From Eledone cirrhosa (taxonomy: Eukaryota), in assembly GCA_964016885.1 (NCBI GenBank), contig OZ024744.1, forward strand, positions 117,862,001 to 117,926,000: a stretch of 64,000 bases of DNA. The letters are read 5' to 3'. Each line of letters opens with the position of its first letter. The first letter of the stretch is position 1. The position numbers and the translations under genes are program-made. Below are positions 1 through 11,741 of the stretch, piece by piece. A model generated the notes under the pieces. That model was given only the letters and a program-made list of their open reading frames with translations, made no database searches and was not told where the DNA came from.

Positions 1-559
1 TTAAACACTCCTCTTTGTGTATTTCTCTATATATACTGTCTGATAAAGAGCCTGGAATCCTTGAGCTCATTAAATTATAGGGGATTAACGTGTATATATA
101 TATATACACACACACACACATATACATACACACGCACGCACGCGCGTGAAAATTTCATAGGCCGACTATGATGGGAAAAGAGTTTCCAAACCAATATCAA
201 CAACATACATTACATACAGATACTCCAAAACTATCTTTATTTTTCTCTTTACTGTCATCCCATTTTTATCAAAAGACATGAATCTTACACCTCATTAACC
301 TCACCACCACCACCACCACCAGAGGAACACCCAAGTTAATCTTTAATATAGAAGATTGTTGAAGTTATTCTTTATAAATTTAAGATTCAGCTATAAGAAA
401 AGAATTTGAAAAACATCTGGCCATTATATTCACCAAAGGTTGTCTATTGAAATGGAACCTGCAGGAGGGCACTTTTACAACCCCTTTCTAAAACACTCCT
501 TAAACACCCCAACTCCACTCTCAATCAATTATCTTGTTTTTACCACTCACTATTTTCTA

Positions 560-745
560 CGGTGGATTGGCAGTATCGGTAGAGGGTCGGACGCCATGCT
601 TTCCAGCATAGTTACGTCCCTTTACGATCTGAGTTCAAATCCCGCCGAGGTTGACTTTGCCTTTCATCCTTACGGGGTCGATAAAATAAAGTACCAGTAA
701 TGCACTGGGTAATTGCTGGCCTTGTGCCTAAAGTAGAAACAACTA
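560..745 (+). mobile_element. tRNA-derived SINE, family A, near full length
   Basis: Pol III A box TGGCAGTATCGG (568-579) and B box GAGTTCAAATCC (631-642). Central GCCTTTCATCCTTACGGGGTCGATAAAATAAAGTACCAGT and the GTAGAAACAA end are shared with six other copies in the window. The central part resembles the Meta-type SINE domain (from memory, not aligned). Confidence 0.85.
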
Positions 746-904
746 TTTTCTGTATAAATATGCTTTAATTCCTTTAAATCTTCATCAATACTCCTTCACT
801 CCCACACTCATTAACACTGCCACCCCACCCTCCAGACACACCCAAATCTCTCTTATATATAGTCAAACATCACAACACAACCTGATCTCAGTTTGACAAT
901 GTTC

Positions 905-1045
905 TATATATATTTATATATATAAATATGTGTATACACACACACACACAGACACAGACACACACAGACACAGACAGACAGACACACACACACACACAGA
1001 GACACACACACACAGACACACACACACACACACAGACACACACAC
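905..1045. repeat. (TA)n/(CA)n/(GACA) compound microsatellite
   Basis: Directly visible; source of the spurious HT-rich ORFs at 928 and 930. Confidence 0.95.
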
Positions 1046-1467
1046 CAGTAGTAGTGAAAGTGCAATTAATTTTCTTAATGAGTGTTTACATTTCGTTATC
1101 AGTTCTTTATGCTTAGTTGCATTAATAAAATTATCACGGGTGTGTTTTTAATATAACACACACGCATATACTTGCACACACATATACACACTCACATATA
1201 TACTCTCACATACACACACACATTCATTCTTTCACATTAACTGATACACACAAACACACAACTTACACACACATAAACACTCAGACACACATGCACACAT
1301 ACAAACAAAGACACCCATGCAAACATGCACACACACTTTCACACATACACATTCATACATGCTTTAGCACACACACACAATCACACACATACATACACAG
1401 TCACACTCAGACACAATCACACACACACCTATCACTCACCCACCTCACACACTCGCACAAGAATATA

Positions 1468-2406
1468 CATTCGAGTCCGCTTAAGAGTATACCCTCGGGA
1501 ATGGAAAATAGTATACTCTTAACCGGACTAAGTAAAAATATTCCATAGTATTATTATTTTGAGTCTTTCAATGATTAAAAATCACTTTATTATCGTTTAA
1601 AATGCATTTATAAGTAAAAAAAGTGAGTTACACCAAAAAATTTAACAAGAATTATTGCAAATTATAGATAAATTAAGCAATATTTCAACATATTGGTATA
1701 CAATTTTTATTTCCTAAAAATAGCCCAAAATGCTTTTTTGCACTCGATTGCTTGCAATTTTTTTTTCAATCAATTCCTTCGATCTCAGACGGAGTATAAT
1801 TTTCAAAATGTTCAAACGATTGCATCATATAGGACCGTACAGTGGTGAACAAAGTATTCCTTCTTTTCCAGAGATCTAAAATATTGATAAATGATTAAAG
1901 TTATGTTAGGTACCTATGCATATTCATATTATAAATATAAAAATAATACATACTAACCTTTGAGTAATGGATAAAGCAGAGCGTTTCAAAGACATTTTTA
2001 TGACACAATAAATTATTATTTTTGTATTTGCATATATTAAACTTTAAATTGCTTTTAGAATGGTGTATAAATGACATTATCGCATTTCATTTTGAATTGT
2101 TTTAAAATGGTTATGTTACATTATAAGCCCAATTTACTTTACCGTATTCATTATACTCTTATTCTTGTGGCCAATAAATGAAATAAATGAAATCATTATA
2201 CTCTTATTCGGACTAAATTATATAGAAAATATATAAACAGGAATTGATTATGCTATACTCTTATGCGAACTATACTCTTATCCGATATACTCTTAAGCGG
2301 ACCCATGCACTGAACAAAACATAGTACATAAATTCGGGAATTGATTATGCTATACTCTTAAGCAGCCTATACTCTTAGCCAATATATTCTTAAGCGGACT
2401 GGACTG
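1468..2406. mobile_element. Non-autonomous Tc1/mariner (pogo/Tigger-like) MITE
   Basis: Left TIR CATTCGAGTCCGCTTAAGAGTATA vs reverse-complemented right TIR CAGTCCAGTCCGCTTAAGAATATA (21/24 match). TA on both sides (1466-67, 2407-08). No transposase ORF. Confidence 0.8.
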
Positions 2407-2505
2407 TATATGTATATATGTATAGTTTATCTGCTTGTCTATCTTTGTATTGAAACAATTCCTCAAGTATGAAATCATTCATAAACGGCAAGTCGGAATA
2501 TCAAA

Positions 2506-3270
2506 TTCATCATCATCATCATCATCATCATCGTTTAACGTCCATATTCCACGCTTGCATGGGTTTTCTAATATTTTCTCTGCTGTCATCATCATCATCA
2601 TTGTTTTAGCATCCACTTTCCTTGTTAGCAGGGGTTAGACAGGTCTACATAGACCAAGTCAGTACTGAAGTGGGGTACTGATCTCCCAGACAAACCAGGG
2701 ATCTGTCTATCACCTATATTCCCAGCAGGGGTTAGACAGGTCTACATAGACCAAGTCAGTACTGAAGTGGGGTACTGATCTCCCAGACAAGGCAGGAGGT
2801 CAGTAACTCATTTATGTATGGTCTCATGTTCTACCAAGTCCACTGGTGAGGTTGTCATGTCTCCCTTTGTTTGGCAAGCTTTCTACAGCTAGATGTCCTT
2901 CCTATCACCAACCACTTTACAGTGTGGACTGGGTGTGTTTATTGTGTAGACCACCAACACGAGGTTCTTTAACACAACTTAGAGGTCCTCCCAACTCTTT
3001 GTTTGGCAAGCTATCTACTGCTGGATGCCCTTCCTACCACCAACCACTTCACAAGGGGACAGCAGCTAGGAGTGTGTGTGGGGAAGGAGCCTGTGGTGTG
3101 TGTAGTTAGGGTTGTGGTGGTGGTGTTGAGGGTAGTTGTTTGTGAGCTTTAGTGGAAGAGAGTGGTTGGGTATAGTATGTTGCATGATCTTTAGTCATTT
3201 CTGTTGTGAGATTTAGTTCTTAAAGTCAGCCTTCACAACCTCCTCTTGCTGAGTCTTCCACGGGTCCCAG
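2506..3270 (-). mobile_element. Decayed RTE-related 3' ends, containing a 67-bp exact direct repeat (2627-2693, 2724-2790)
   Basis: (CAT)n followed by CGTTTAACGTCCATATTCCACGCTTGCATGGGTT is the reverse complement of the RTE tail at 6480-6529 and 18705-18756. The tail motif CTTCCTAnCACCAACCAC occurs twice. Confidence 0.6.
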
Positions 3271-3299
3271 CAACTGGACTTTCTCTACATATCTTTAGC

Positions 3300-3868
3300 A
3301 GCTGTTAATTATTAACTCAAAAGTTGTCTCTGTCTCTATGTATTGACATTTCCCAGAGAATGGTTGCTTTGTCATTCTATGACACTTTTTCTGGTGTGTG
3401 TTTGTACCATCTGTTTTCTGTTGGTATTTCATAATGCTGGCATAATTTCCAGTGTATGAAGGTCCCAACTCTGCCTGTGGATATATTCTTTTTTGGCTAG
3501 AGTTGGACATCCAGAGACTATGTGGTTGATTATTTCTTCCCTATTTCCACATATTCTACAGCTACTTATTGTGCTTTATTTCATTATATACTTGTGGTAG
3601 TTTCTGTTAGGTAGACTCTGGTCCTGTGCTGCAATTAGAAATCCTTCCATCTCAGCTTTTAGTCCGGTACTTCGGGGCCAGTTTTGTGTTTTCTTTGTCT
3701 ACTTCCTTAGGTCTTTCATAATTTCTGTTGTTTTTTCTTTGAGGAAAAATGAAAACAAAAAATAAACAACAGAAATTGTGAAAGACATAAAATTTAAGTT
3801 GAAAACTGACCTCCAGAATGCCATCTTAAAACAAAGGCAAGAGAAATCCGTACATGGCTAATACCCCA
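3300..3868 (-). mobile_element. R4/Dong-like LINE fragment with an inverted segment (~3750-3868, +)
   Basis: Minus-strand translation gives LKAEMEGFLIAAQDQSL and IHWKLCQHYEIPTENRWYKHTPEKV...ATILW. The plus-strand piece encodes QEKSVHG*YP. Inverted repeat at 3711-3733 / 3764-3786 marks the junction. Confidence 0.65.
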
Positions 3869-3871
3869 AAA

Positions 3872-4068
3872 AGCACCATGCTTTGTAATATAGAGTTATG
3901 GCTATTTACGTTCTGAGTTCAAATCCCACTGAGGTTAGCTTTGCCTTTCATCATTACAGGGTCGATAAATAAAGTACCAGTAACGCACTGGGGTTGATTT
4001 AATTGACTTTCCTCTCCCCACAAATTACTGGCCTTGTGCCTAAATCAGAAACCATTATTGTTATCATT
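3872..4068 (+). mobile_element. SINE family A, 5'-truncated
   Basis: GAGTTCAAATCC B box, GCCTTTCATC...GTCGATAAATAAAGTACCAGT core and (ATT)-like tail. Confidence 0.8.
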
Positions 4069-4302
4069 AGGGCGGTGGATTAGCAGAATTGGTATATTCT
4101 GTACTGGTCATAGTTTTTGGTGAGGTTTTTCTTGCTTGATGCCCTTACTATTACCAACAACTTTACAGTGTATACTGGGTGTATTTTATCAGGGCACCAG
4201 CACTAGGGAGGTTGTCTGACCATACTTAAGGCTCCTCTCTACCATGTCAGTTTTTATTCAGAGAAATTGCTTTTATTAGGTTGCATTCACAGACTTATGG
4301 AG

Positions 4303-4502
4303 TCCATGTCTACCCCATGTAGTCTTATATAGTTGGAGTGACAGCTCTCCTAGACAAGCTGTCTTCTCCATGTCTACCCCATGTAGTCTTATATAGTTGG
4401 AGTGACAGCTCTCCTAGACAAGCTGTCTTCTCCATGTCTACCCCATGTAGTCTTATATAGTTGGAGTGACAGCTCTCCTAGACAAGCTGTCTTCTCCATG
4501 TC
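4303..4502. repeat. 64-bp tandem repeat, ~3.1 identical copies
   Basis: TCCATGTCTACCCC recurs at 4303, 4367 and 4431, with a partial copy at 4495. Confidence 0.95.
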
Positions 4503-4764
4503 ACACTACAGTTACAACTATATCATAAGCTTGATACATGTACACATCTGTTTACGATCATATTTACAACAGAATGATAGTCAATCATATAAGAGTGATC
4601 AATTATTTATAGCTTACATAATTATGGAATATAAATTAATAGTGTTAAGTAAAAAAAATTACATAGATGATTATCTTTCTCACAGCGATTGTGTTCTCAA
4701 TATGTGTGCTGTACCAGTTAAAACAAGTTTTTTGCGGGGTGTAAGCCAGGGATAATTCTAAAAT

Positions 4765-4945
4765 ACTTATCTGTTCCTTTTTTGGTCATTCCTAGTGCTC
4801 CTACAATCACTGGTATTGTAACCACCTTCAGGTGCCACAGTTTTTCAATTTCAAAGAGCAAATGTTTATATTTTCTAAGCTAGTCAAATTCTTTGATCAT
4901 ATGGGATACTCATATCAATTAATAAACACTTATTTTGGTCTTTTA
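4765..4945 (-). mobile_element. R4/Dong-like LINE endonuclease fragment
   Basis: Minus strand reads LRKYKHLLFEIEKLWHLKVVTIPVIVGALGM, homologous to ORF 5124..5399. Confidence 0.7.
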
Positions 4946-5691
4946 CAATAATATCCAGTCTGTTTTTGTTTTGTTTTTATTGTTATTGTTATTATTATTA
5001 TCATTATTATTATTTATCCTACTTTATGTTCATACGAGTTATCACCAAGTCACAACCAGTGACCTCAAGAGACAAGGTCTGTGATGTTAAAGAAAGAACA
5101 CACACACACACATACATGTATCTTTAGGTGTTTAGACTTGATATTGACAGAATCTTCTTTAGTATATGGGCAGTTCCCATTAGTACTATATTTTGTATTT
5201 CTTCTATACGTGGGTTTCTTGGGATTTGGGATAAGTAATCATTAGACCCCTTTGGTATCATTCCTAGAGCGCCTACAACCACTGGTATTGTTTTGGTTCT
5301 CAACTTCCACATTTTTCCAATTTCTATCTCCAGGTCCTTATACTTGCTCAATTTTTCAAATGTTTTTATAGATACATTCTTGTCTATTGGAACGGACATA
5401 TCAATTAGCAGGCATACCCTCTTTTTAAATGCCTTCAGTATTATAACGGGTCTATTTGCATCTATTTTTCAGTCTATTTGGATGCTAAAGTTCCACAAGA
5501 TTGAGATGTGATCTTTTTCAAGTATGGGAGGTGGTTGATGCTCCCACCAATTCTTTTGATGGGGCAGGTCAAAATGCTTACACATACCCAATGTATGTAT
5601 TGTGTAGCTCTGTCGTGCCTGTTCAGGTATTCAGTTGGAGCTATAGGACTGCGCATCAAAATTATATGGTCAATGGTCTCTGGTTGTTTTT

Positions 5692-6529
5692 TGAAAGGCA
5701 GACTGTATGATGCTTGTATACTAACAGCAATGTTACATGGTAGTGAGACATGGGCATTGTGTGCAGAGGACCTGTGCAGACTGGAAAGGAACGAAGCATG
5801 CATGCTCCGTTGGATGTGTAATAGTAATATACACGAACGGCAAAACATAAATGAACTAAGTGAGAAATTAGGAATAAGAGGGATCAGATGCTGTTTAATT
5901 GAGAGAAGATTACGTTGGTATGGTCATGCGATGTACATGAAAGATGACAGCTGCATAAAATATTGCAGGGTGATCAAAATTGATGGAAGTTACGGAGTAG
6001 GTAGACCCAAAAAAACTTGGGACGATTTGATAAATTCCGACCTTACATACTTGCACCTCTCTAAGACAATGTCACAGGACCGAGATCTTTGATGCCATGC
6101 AGTAATACAGAAGACACGCCTTGCCAATGTACAAAGCAAAACCTACAGTCAGTAGGCACCTCTTAACCAAATATACACCCCAACTCACTACCCCTACTCC
6201 ACCCTTCCACTCCCACCAACACCACCCTTTCTCTGTAAATTTATGTTGGTACCACAACATCCAGTCCAAACTAATGAAGTTGTGTAGGTGTCACAACAAA
6301 AAAAAAACACAGTCCACGCTGTAATGTGGCCATGTAGGTAACACGGTAAAAACCTCCCAGTCCACACTGTCAATGTGGTTGGTGTTAGGAAGGGCATCCA
6401 GCAGTAGAAAACCTGTCAGACAGTCCTATACGAGCGAGACAACCAATCTTGCCTCAAGTGGGACAATTCCCATCTAAACCCATGCTAGCGTGGAAGATAG
6501 ACATTAAACAATGATGATGATGATGATGA
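5692..6529 (+). mobile_element. RTE-clade LINE, 5'-truncated
   Basis: KGRLYDACILTAMLHGSETW...RRLRWYGH...GRPKKTW, then 3' UTR and (GAT)n tail. Closely similar to 17918-18756. Confidence 0.9.
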
Positions 6530-6900
6530 CGGCATAATGGGTTGCATCCATTTTTTATTATGTTGGCTTGATAATTTTTTGTTGGCAGACACTGATCTTG
6601 TGCTGACAAAATCAGTCCTTCGGTCTCCGATTTCAGCCAACCACTGATGGGTTAAAGTTTTGTCAACATCAGGATTGTTAGCTCTTTCTGGGTATTTTCC
6701 ATACAGAGGCTTTTCTTGCCATTTCTTAGCCAGTTTCTGTAGCAGTTCTTTCTTTGCAGTTACTTTTACCTGCTTTGCTTTTTCTGTGTTTTCCATTTCA
6801 GCAGTAAAGGGAGCTTCTGAAATTTGTAGTTCATTACTGTATCTTTGTGCATCTTTTGTAATGGAGTATAATCTTTTGATGCTTTCGTGTTTCAAAACAA

Positions 6901-9900
6901 GTTTGATCATCCAATCATGTGCCTCCCTTAGATATCTAGATAATCCAACGGGTTTGATCATCCAATCATGTGCCTCCCTTAGATATGTAGATAATCCAAC
7001 GGGTTTGATCATCCAATCATGTGCCTCCCTTAGATATGTAGATAATCCAATAGGTTTGATCATCCAATCATGTGCCTCCCTTAGATATCTAGATAATCCA
7101 ATGGGTTTGATCATCCAATCATGTGCCTCCCTTAGATATCTAGATAATCCAATGGGTTTGATCATCCAATCATGTGCCTCCCTTAGATATGTAGATAATC
7201 CAATAGGTTTGATCATCCAATCATGTGCCTCCCTTAGATATCTAGATAATCCAATGGGTTTGATCATCCAATCATGTGCCTCCCTTAGATATCTAGATAA
7301 TCCAACGGGTTTGATCATCCAATCATGTGCCTCCCTTAGATATCTAGATAATCCAACGGGTTTGATCATCCAATCATGTGCCTCCCTTAGATATCTAGAT
7401 AATCCAACGGGTTTGATCATCCAATCATGTGCCTCCCTTAGATATCTAGATAATCCAACGGGTTTGATCATCCAATCATGTGCCTCCCTTAGATATCTAG
7501 ATAATCCAACGGGTTTGATCATCCAATCATGTGCCTCCCTTAGATATGTAGATAATCCAACGGGTTTGATCATCCAATCATGTGCCTCCTTTAGATATGT
7601 AGATAATCCAACGGGTTTGATCATCCAATCATGTGCCTCCCTTAGATATGTAGATAATCCAATAGGTTTGATCATCCAATCATGTGCCTCCCTTAGATAT
7701 GTAGATAATCCAACGGGTTTGATCATCCAATCATGTGCCTCCCTTAGATATGTAGATAATCCAACGGGTTTGATCATCCAATCATGTGCCTCCCTTAGAT
7801 ATCTAGATAATCCAACGGGTTTGATCATCCAATCATGTGCCTCCCTTAGATATGTAGATAATCCAACGGGTTTGATCATCCAATCATGTGCTCCCTTAGA
7901 TATCTAGATAATCCAATGGGTTTGATCATCCAATCATGTGCCTCCCTTAGATATCTAGATAATCCAATGGGTTTGATCATCCAATCATGTGCCTCCTTTA
8001 GATATGTAGATAATCCAATGGGTTTGATCATCCAATCATGTGCCTCCCTTAGATATGTAGATAATCCAACGGGTTTGATCATCCAATCATGTGCTTCCCT
8101 TAGATATCTAGATAATCCAATGGGTTTGATCATCCAATCATGTGCCTCCCTTAGATATGTAGATAATCCAATGGGTTTGATCATCCAATCATGTGCCTCC
8201 CTTAGATATCTAGATAATCCAATGGGTTTGATCATCCAATCATGTGCCTCCCTTAGATATCTAGATAATCCAATGGGTTTGATCATCCAATCATGTGCCT
8301 CCCTTAGATATGTAGATAATCCAATGGGTTTGATCATCCAATCATGTGCCTCCCTTAGATATCTAGATAATCCAATGGGTTTGATCATCCAATCATGTGC
8401 CTCCCTTAGATATGTAGATAATCCAACGGGTTTGATCATCCAATCATGTGCCTCCCTTAGATATGTAGATAATCCAACGGGTTTGATCATCCAATCATGT
8501 GCCTCCTTTAGATATGTAGATAATCCAACGGGTTTGATCATCCAATCATGTGCCTCCCTTAGATATCTAGATAATCCAATGGGTTTGATCATCCAATCAT
8601 GTGCCTCCCTTAGATATCTAGATAATCCAACGGGTTTGATCATCCAATCATGTGCCTCCCTTAGATATGTAGATAATCCAACGGGTTTGATCATCCAATC
8701 ATGTGCCTCCCTTAGATATGTAGATAATTCAACGGGTTTGATCATCCAATCATGTGCCTCCCTTAGATATGTAGATAATCCAACGGGTTTGATCATCCAA
8801 TCATGTGCCTCCCTTAGATATGTAGATAATCCAACGGGTTTGATCATCCAATCATGTGCCTCCTTTAGATATCTAGATAATCCAATGGGTTTGATCATCC
8901 AATCATGTGCTCCCTTAGATATCTAGATAATCCAATGGGTTTGATCATCCAATCATGTGCCTCCCTTAGATATGTAGATAATCCAACGGGTTTGATCATC
9001 CAATCATGTGCCTCCCTTAGATATGTAGATAATCCAACGGGTTTGATCATCCAATCATGTGCCTCCTTTAGATATGTAGATAATCCAACGGGTTTGATCA
9101 TCCAATCATGTGCCTCCCTTAGATATCTAGATAATCCAATGGGTTTGATCATCCAATCATGTGCCTCCCTTAGATATCTAGATAATCCAACGGGTTTGAT
9201 CATCCAATCATGTGCCTCCCTTAGATATGTAGATAATCCAACGGGTTTGATCATCCAATCATGTGCCTCCCTTAGATATGTAGATAATCCAACGGGTTTG
9301 ATCATCCAATCATGTGCCTCCCTTAGATATGTAGATAATCCAACGGGTTTGATCATCCAATCATGTGCCTCCCTTAGATATGTAGATAATCCAACGGGTT
9401 TGATCATCCAATCATGTGCCTCCTTTAGATATCTAGATAATCCAATGGGTTTGATCATCCAATCATGTGCTCCCTTAGATATCTAGATAATCCAATGGGT
9501 TTGATCATCCAATCATGTGCCTCCCTTAGATATGTAGATAATCCAACGGGTTTGATCATCCAATCATGTGCCTCCCTTAGATATGTAGATAATCCAACGG
9601 GTTTGATCATCCAATCATGTGCCTCCTTTAGATATGTAGATAATCCAACGGGTTTGATCATCCAATCATGTGCCTCCCTTAGATATCTAGATAATCCAAT
9701 GGGTTTGATCATCCAATCATGTGCCTCCCTTAGATATCTAGATAATCCAACGGGTTTGATCATCCAATCATGTGCCTCCCTTAGATATGTAGATAATCCA
9801 ACGGGTTTGATCATCCAATCATGTGCCTCCCTTAGATATGTAGATAATCCAACGGGTTTGATCATCCAATCATGTGCCTCCCTTAGATATGTAGATAATC

Positions 9901-10057
9901 CAACGGGTTTGATCATCCAATCATGTGCCTCCCTTAGATATGTAGATAATCCAACGGGTTTGATCATCCAATCATGTGCCTCCTTTAGATATCTAGATAA
10001 TCCAATGGGTTTGATCATCCAATCATGTGCCTCCCTTAGATATGTAGATAATCCAAT
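6901..10057. repeat. 51-bp minisatellite, ~62 copies, derived from LINE coding sequence
   Basis: Unit GTTTGATCATCCAATCATGTGCCTCCCTTAGATAT(C/G)TAGATAATCCAA(C/T)(G/A)G; minus frame reads GLS(R/T)YLREAHDWMIKP(V/I). Confidence 0.98.
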
Positions 10058-10062
10058 TGTTG

Positions 10063-10259
10063 GTAGAAGCAGGAGTATCAGACACCATACTTCGCAGCAT
10101 AGTTATAGCCATTTACGTTCTGAGGTTAGCTTTGCCTTTCATCCTTACAGATTCAATAAAATAAAGTACCAGTAATACACTGGTGTTGATTTAATCGACT
10201 TTCTCCCTCCCCTTCAAATTGTTGGCCTTGTACCTAAAGTAGAAACAATTATTATTATT
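10063..10259 (+). mobile_element. SINE family A, decayed
   Basis: GCCTTTCATCCTTAC...AAAATAAAGTACCAGT...GTAGAAACAATTATTATT. Confidence 0.8.
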
Positions 10260-10349
10260 TTATTTGCTCAGCCTCTAATGCTGGAGATGTGTTACTGTGT
10301 CTGTTATTCACTGCCAGTGAACTGAGATAACCCCTCTTATTTTTCAAGC

Positions 10350-10738
10350 TACTTCCAGAATATTCTATTCCAAGCAATACTGTTTTATGCAAGTGCTCCA
10401 CCTGTTTTACAACCACTATTTCTTTAATGCTACTATTCCCAGGACCTCAACTATTACTGGTATTACTCCCACCTTTTTCAGTGACCACTTAATCTTTCAA
10501 GCTAACCTGTTGTATCTATTAACTTTCCCTTCTTTATCACATAGCTTGTTATCAGCTAGAGTGGCTATATCTATGATCCAACACTACTTTCTTTCTCAAT
10601 TATCACAATGTCTGGTCTCCTATGCTCCATTTCTTGGCCGAACTGTATCACTAAATTCCTCACGATTTTTGCATTATCAATTTCGATAACGCCCTCAGGG
10701 TTATGTTTGTACCATTTTTCTGCTGTTTCCATAGCCAG
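10350..10738 (-). mobile_element. R4/Dong-like LINE C-terminal remnant
   Basis: Minus strand reads EKWYKHNPEGV, RPDIVII...IIDIA and VGVIPVIVEVLG, with stops and frameshifts. Confidence 0.65.
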
Positions 10739-10825
10739 AACATATTCTCTAGCTCCTCTACTGATTCTGCTATAAGTACCAGATCATCAGCATAGAGAAT
10801 TTCCTATGGGCAGCCAGTCTGAAAC
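10739..10825 (-). mobile_element. RTE reverse-transcriptase fragment
   Basis: Minus strand reads TGCP*EILYADDLVLIAESVEELE. Confidence 0.7.
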
Positions 10826-10835
10826 ATATATATAA

Positions 10836-11295
10836 ATCTCTCCAAGACAATGTCACTGGACCGAGATCTTTGGTGCTACGCAGTAATACAGAAGACATGC
10901 CTTGACTATGTACAAAGCAAAACCTACAGTCAGTAGGCACCTCTTAACCAAATATACACACCCCTCCCACTACCCCTACTTCCACTCCCACCAACACCAC
11001 CCTTTCTCTGTAAAGTTATGTTGTTACCACAACATCCAGTCCTAAATAAATGAGGTCGTGTAGGTGTCACAACAAAAAAACACAGTCCACGCTGTAATGT
11101 AGCCGTGTAGGTAACACGGTAAAAAACTCCCAGTCCACACTGTAAATGTGGTTGGTGTTAGAAGGGCATCCAGCCGTAGAAAACCTGCCAGAGAGCCCTA
11201 TATGAGCGAGACAAGGTCACCCGACCAATCTTGCCTCAAGTGGGACAATTCCCGTCTAACCCATGCTAGCATGGAAGATTGATGATGATGATGAT
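10836..11295 (+). mobile_element. RTE 3' end
   Basis: Colinear with 6058-6529; ends in (GAT)n. Confidence 0.85.
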
Positions 11296-11741
11296 ATGTG
11301 TGTGTGTGTAGATATATGTTGCCATTTCCCACCTCCACCACCTCCCAGTATACACACTTGATGCCATATACCATCGACGGCCATATGGCCCCATAACCCT
11401 AGTCACCCTAAATCTCATCATCGCTTTCTCTTCCCCAGCTGCCCCCTCCCTCCACAGGAGTATCTTAATATACATGAATAGTAGCCCTTGACCACTCAGA
11501 ACAGGCATGGGGTGGACAGAGGCTCCGTAAGCCGAAGTGTAGGTAACCCTTCTAGGAGAGCAACCACTCCAAATAAATTATTACTTTTTTCTCACAGCCC
11601 TTCCCCCCATTGCCACCACCACCCTACCGATCCTATCTTAATTACCCCTTCTCAATTAAATCCCCTTCTTTATTGTGTATATTTATCTATGTATCTATAA
11701 TATATGTGAATGCATGTATATATATATATATATATATATAT

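Larger units (their letters stand above)
5016..10062 (-). mobile_element. R4/Dong-like non-LTR retrotransposon, 5'-truncated pseudogene, interrupted by an RTE and expanded by a 51-bp array
   Basis: Restriction-like endonuclease C-terminus (IDMSVP...EKLSKYKDLEIEIGKMWK...IPVVVGALG; 5124-5460). Zinc-knuckle region ETIDHII...EYLNRHD (5590-5690). Upstream linker KKWQEKPLYGKYP (6530-6900). The 3' end abuts a (TAA)n-like run at 4978-5015, the known Dong target type. Confidence 0.8.

Noticed and set aside
38-76. Second hammerhead (CTGATAA-AGAGC...GCTC-ATTAAA)
   Set aside because: Both core motifs deviate from CUGAnGA and GAAA; at most a dead remnant.
5508-6092. 194-aa gene
   Set aside because: Chimeric read-through from antisense R4 sequence into the inserted RTE.
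6901-10057. CRISPR-like array
   Set aside because: Units are head-to-tail with no unique spacers, there are no cas genes, and the unit is LINE coding sequence.
6485-10175. Repeat-protein genes on either strand (187-464 aa ORFs)
   Set aside because: The ORFs follow from a stop-free 51-bp unit, are broken by 1-bp deletions and lie in a disrupted LINE.
10782-10792. CTGATGA hammerhead core on the minus strand
   Set aside because: It is the ADD codons of an RT YADD motif, with no GAAA or stems.
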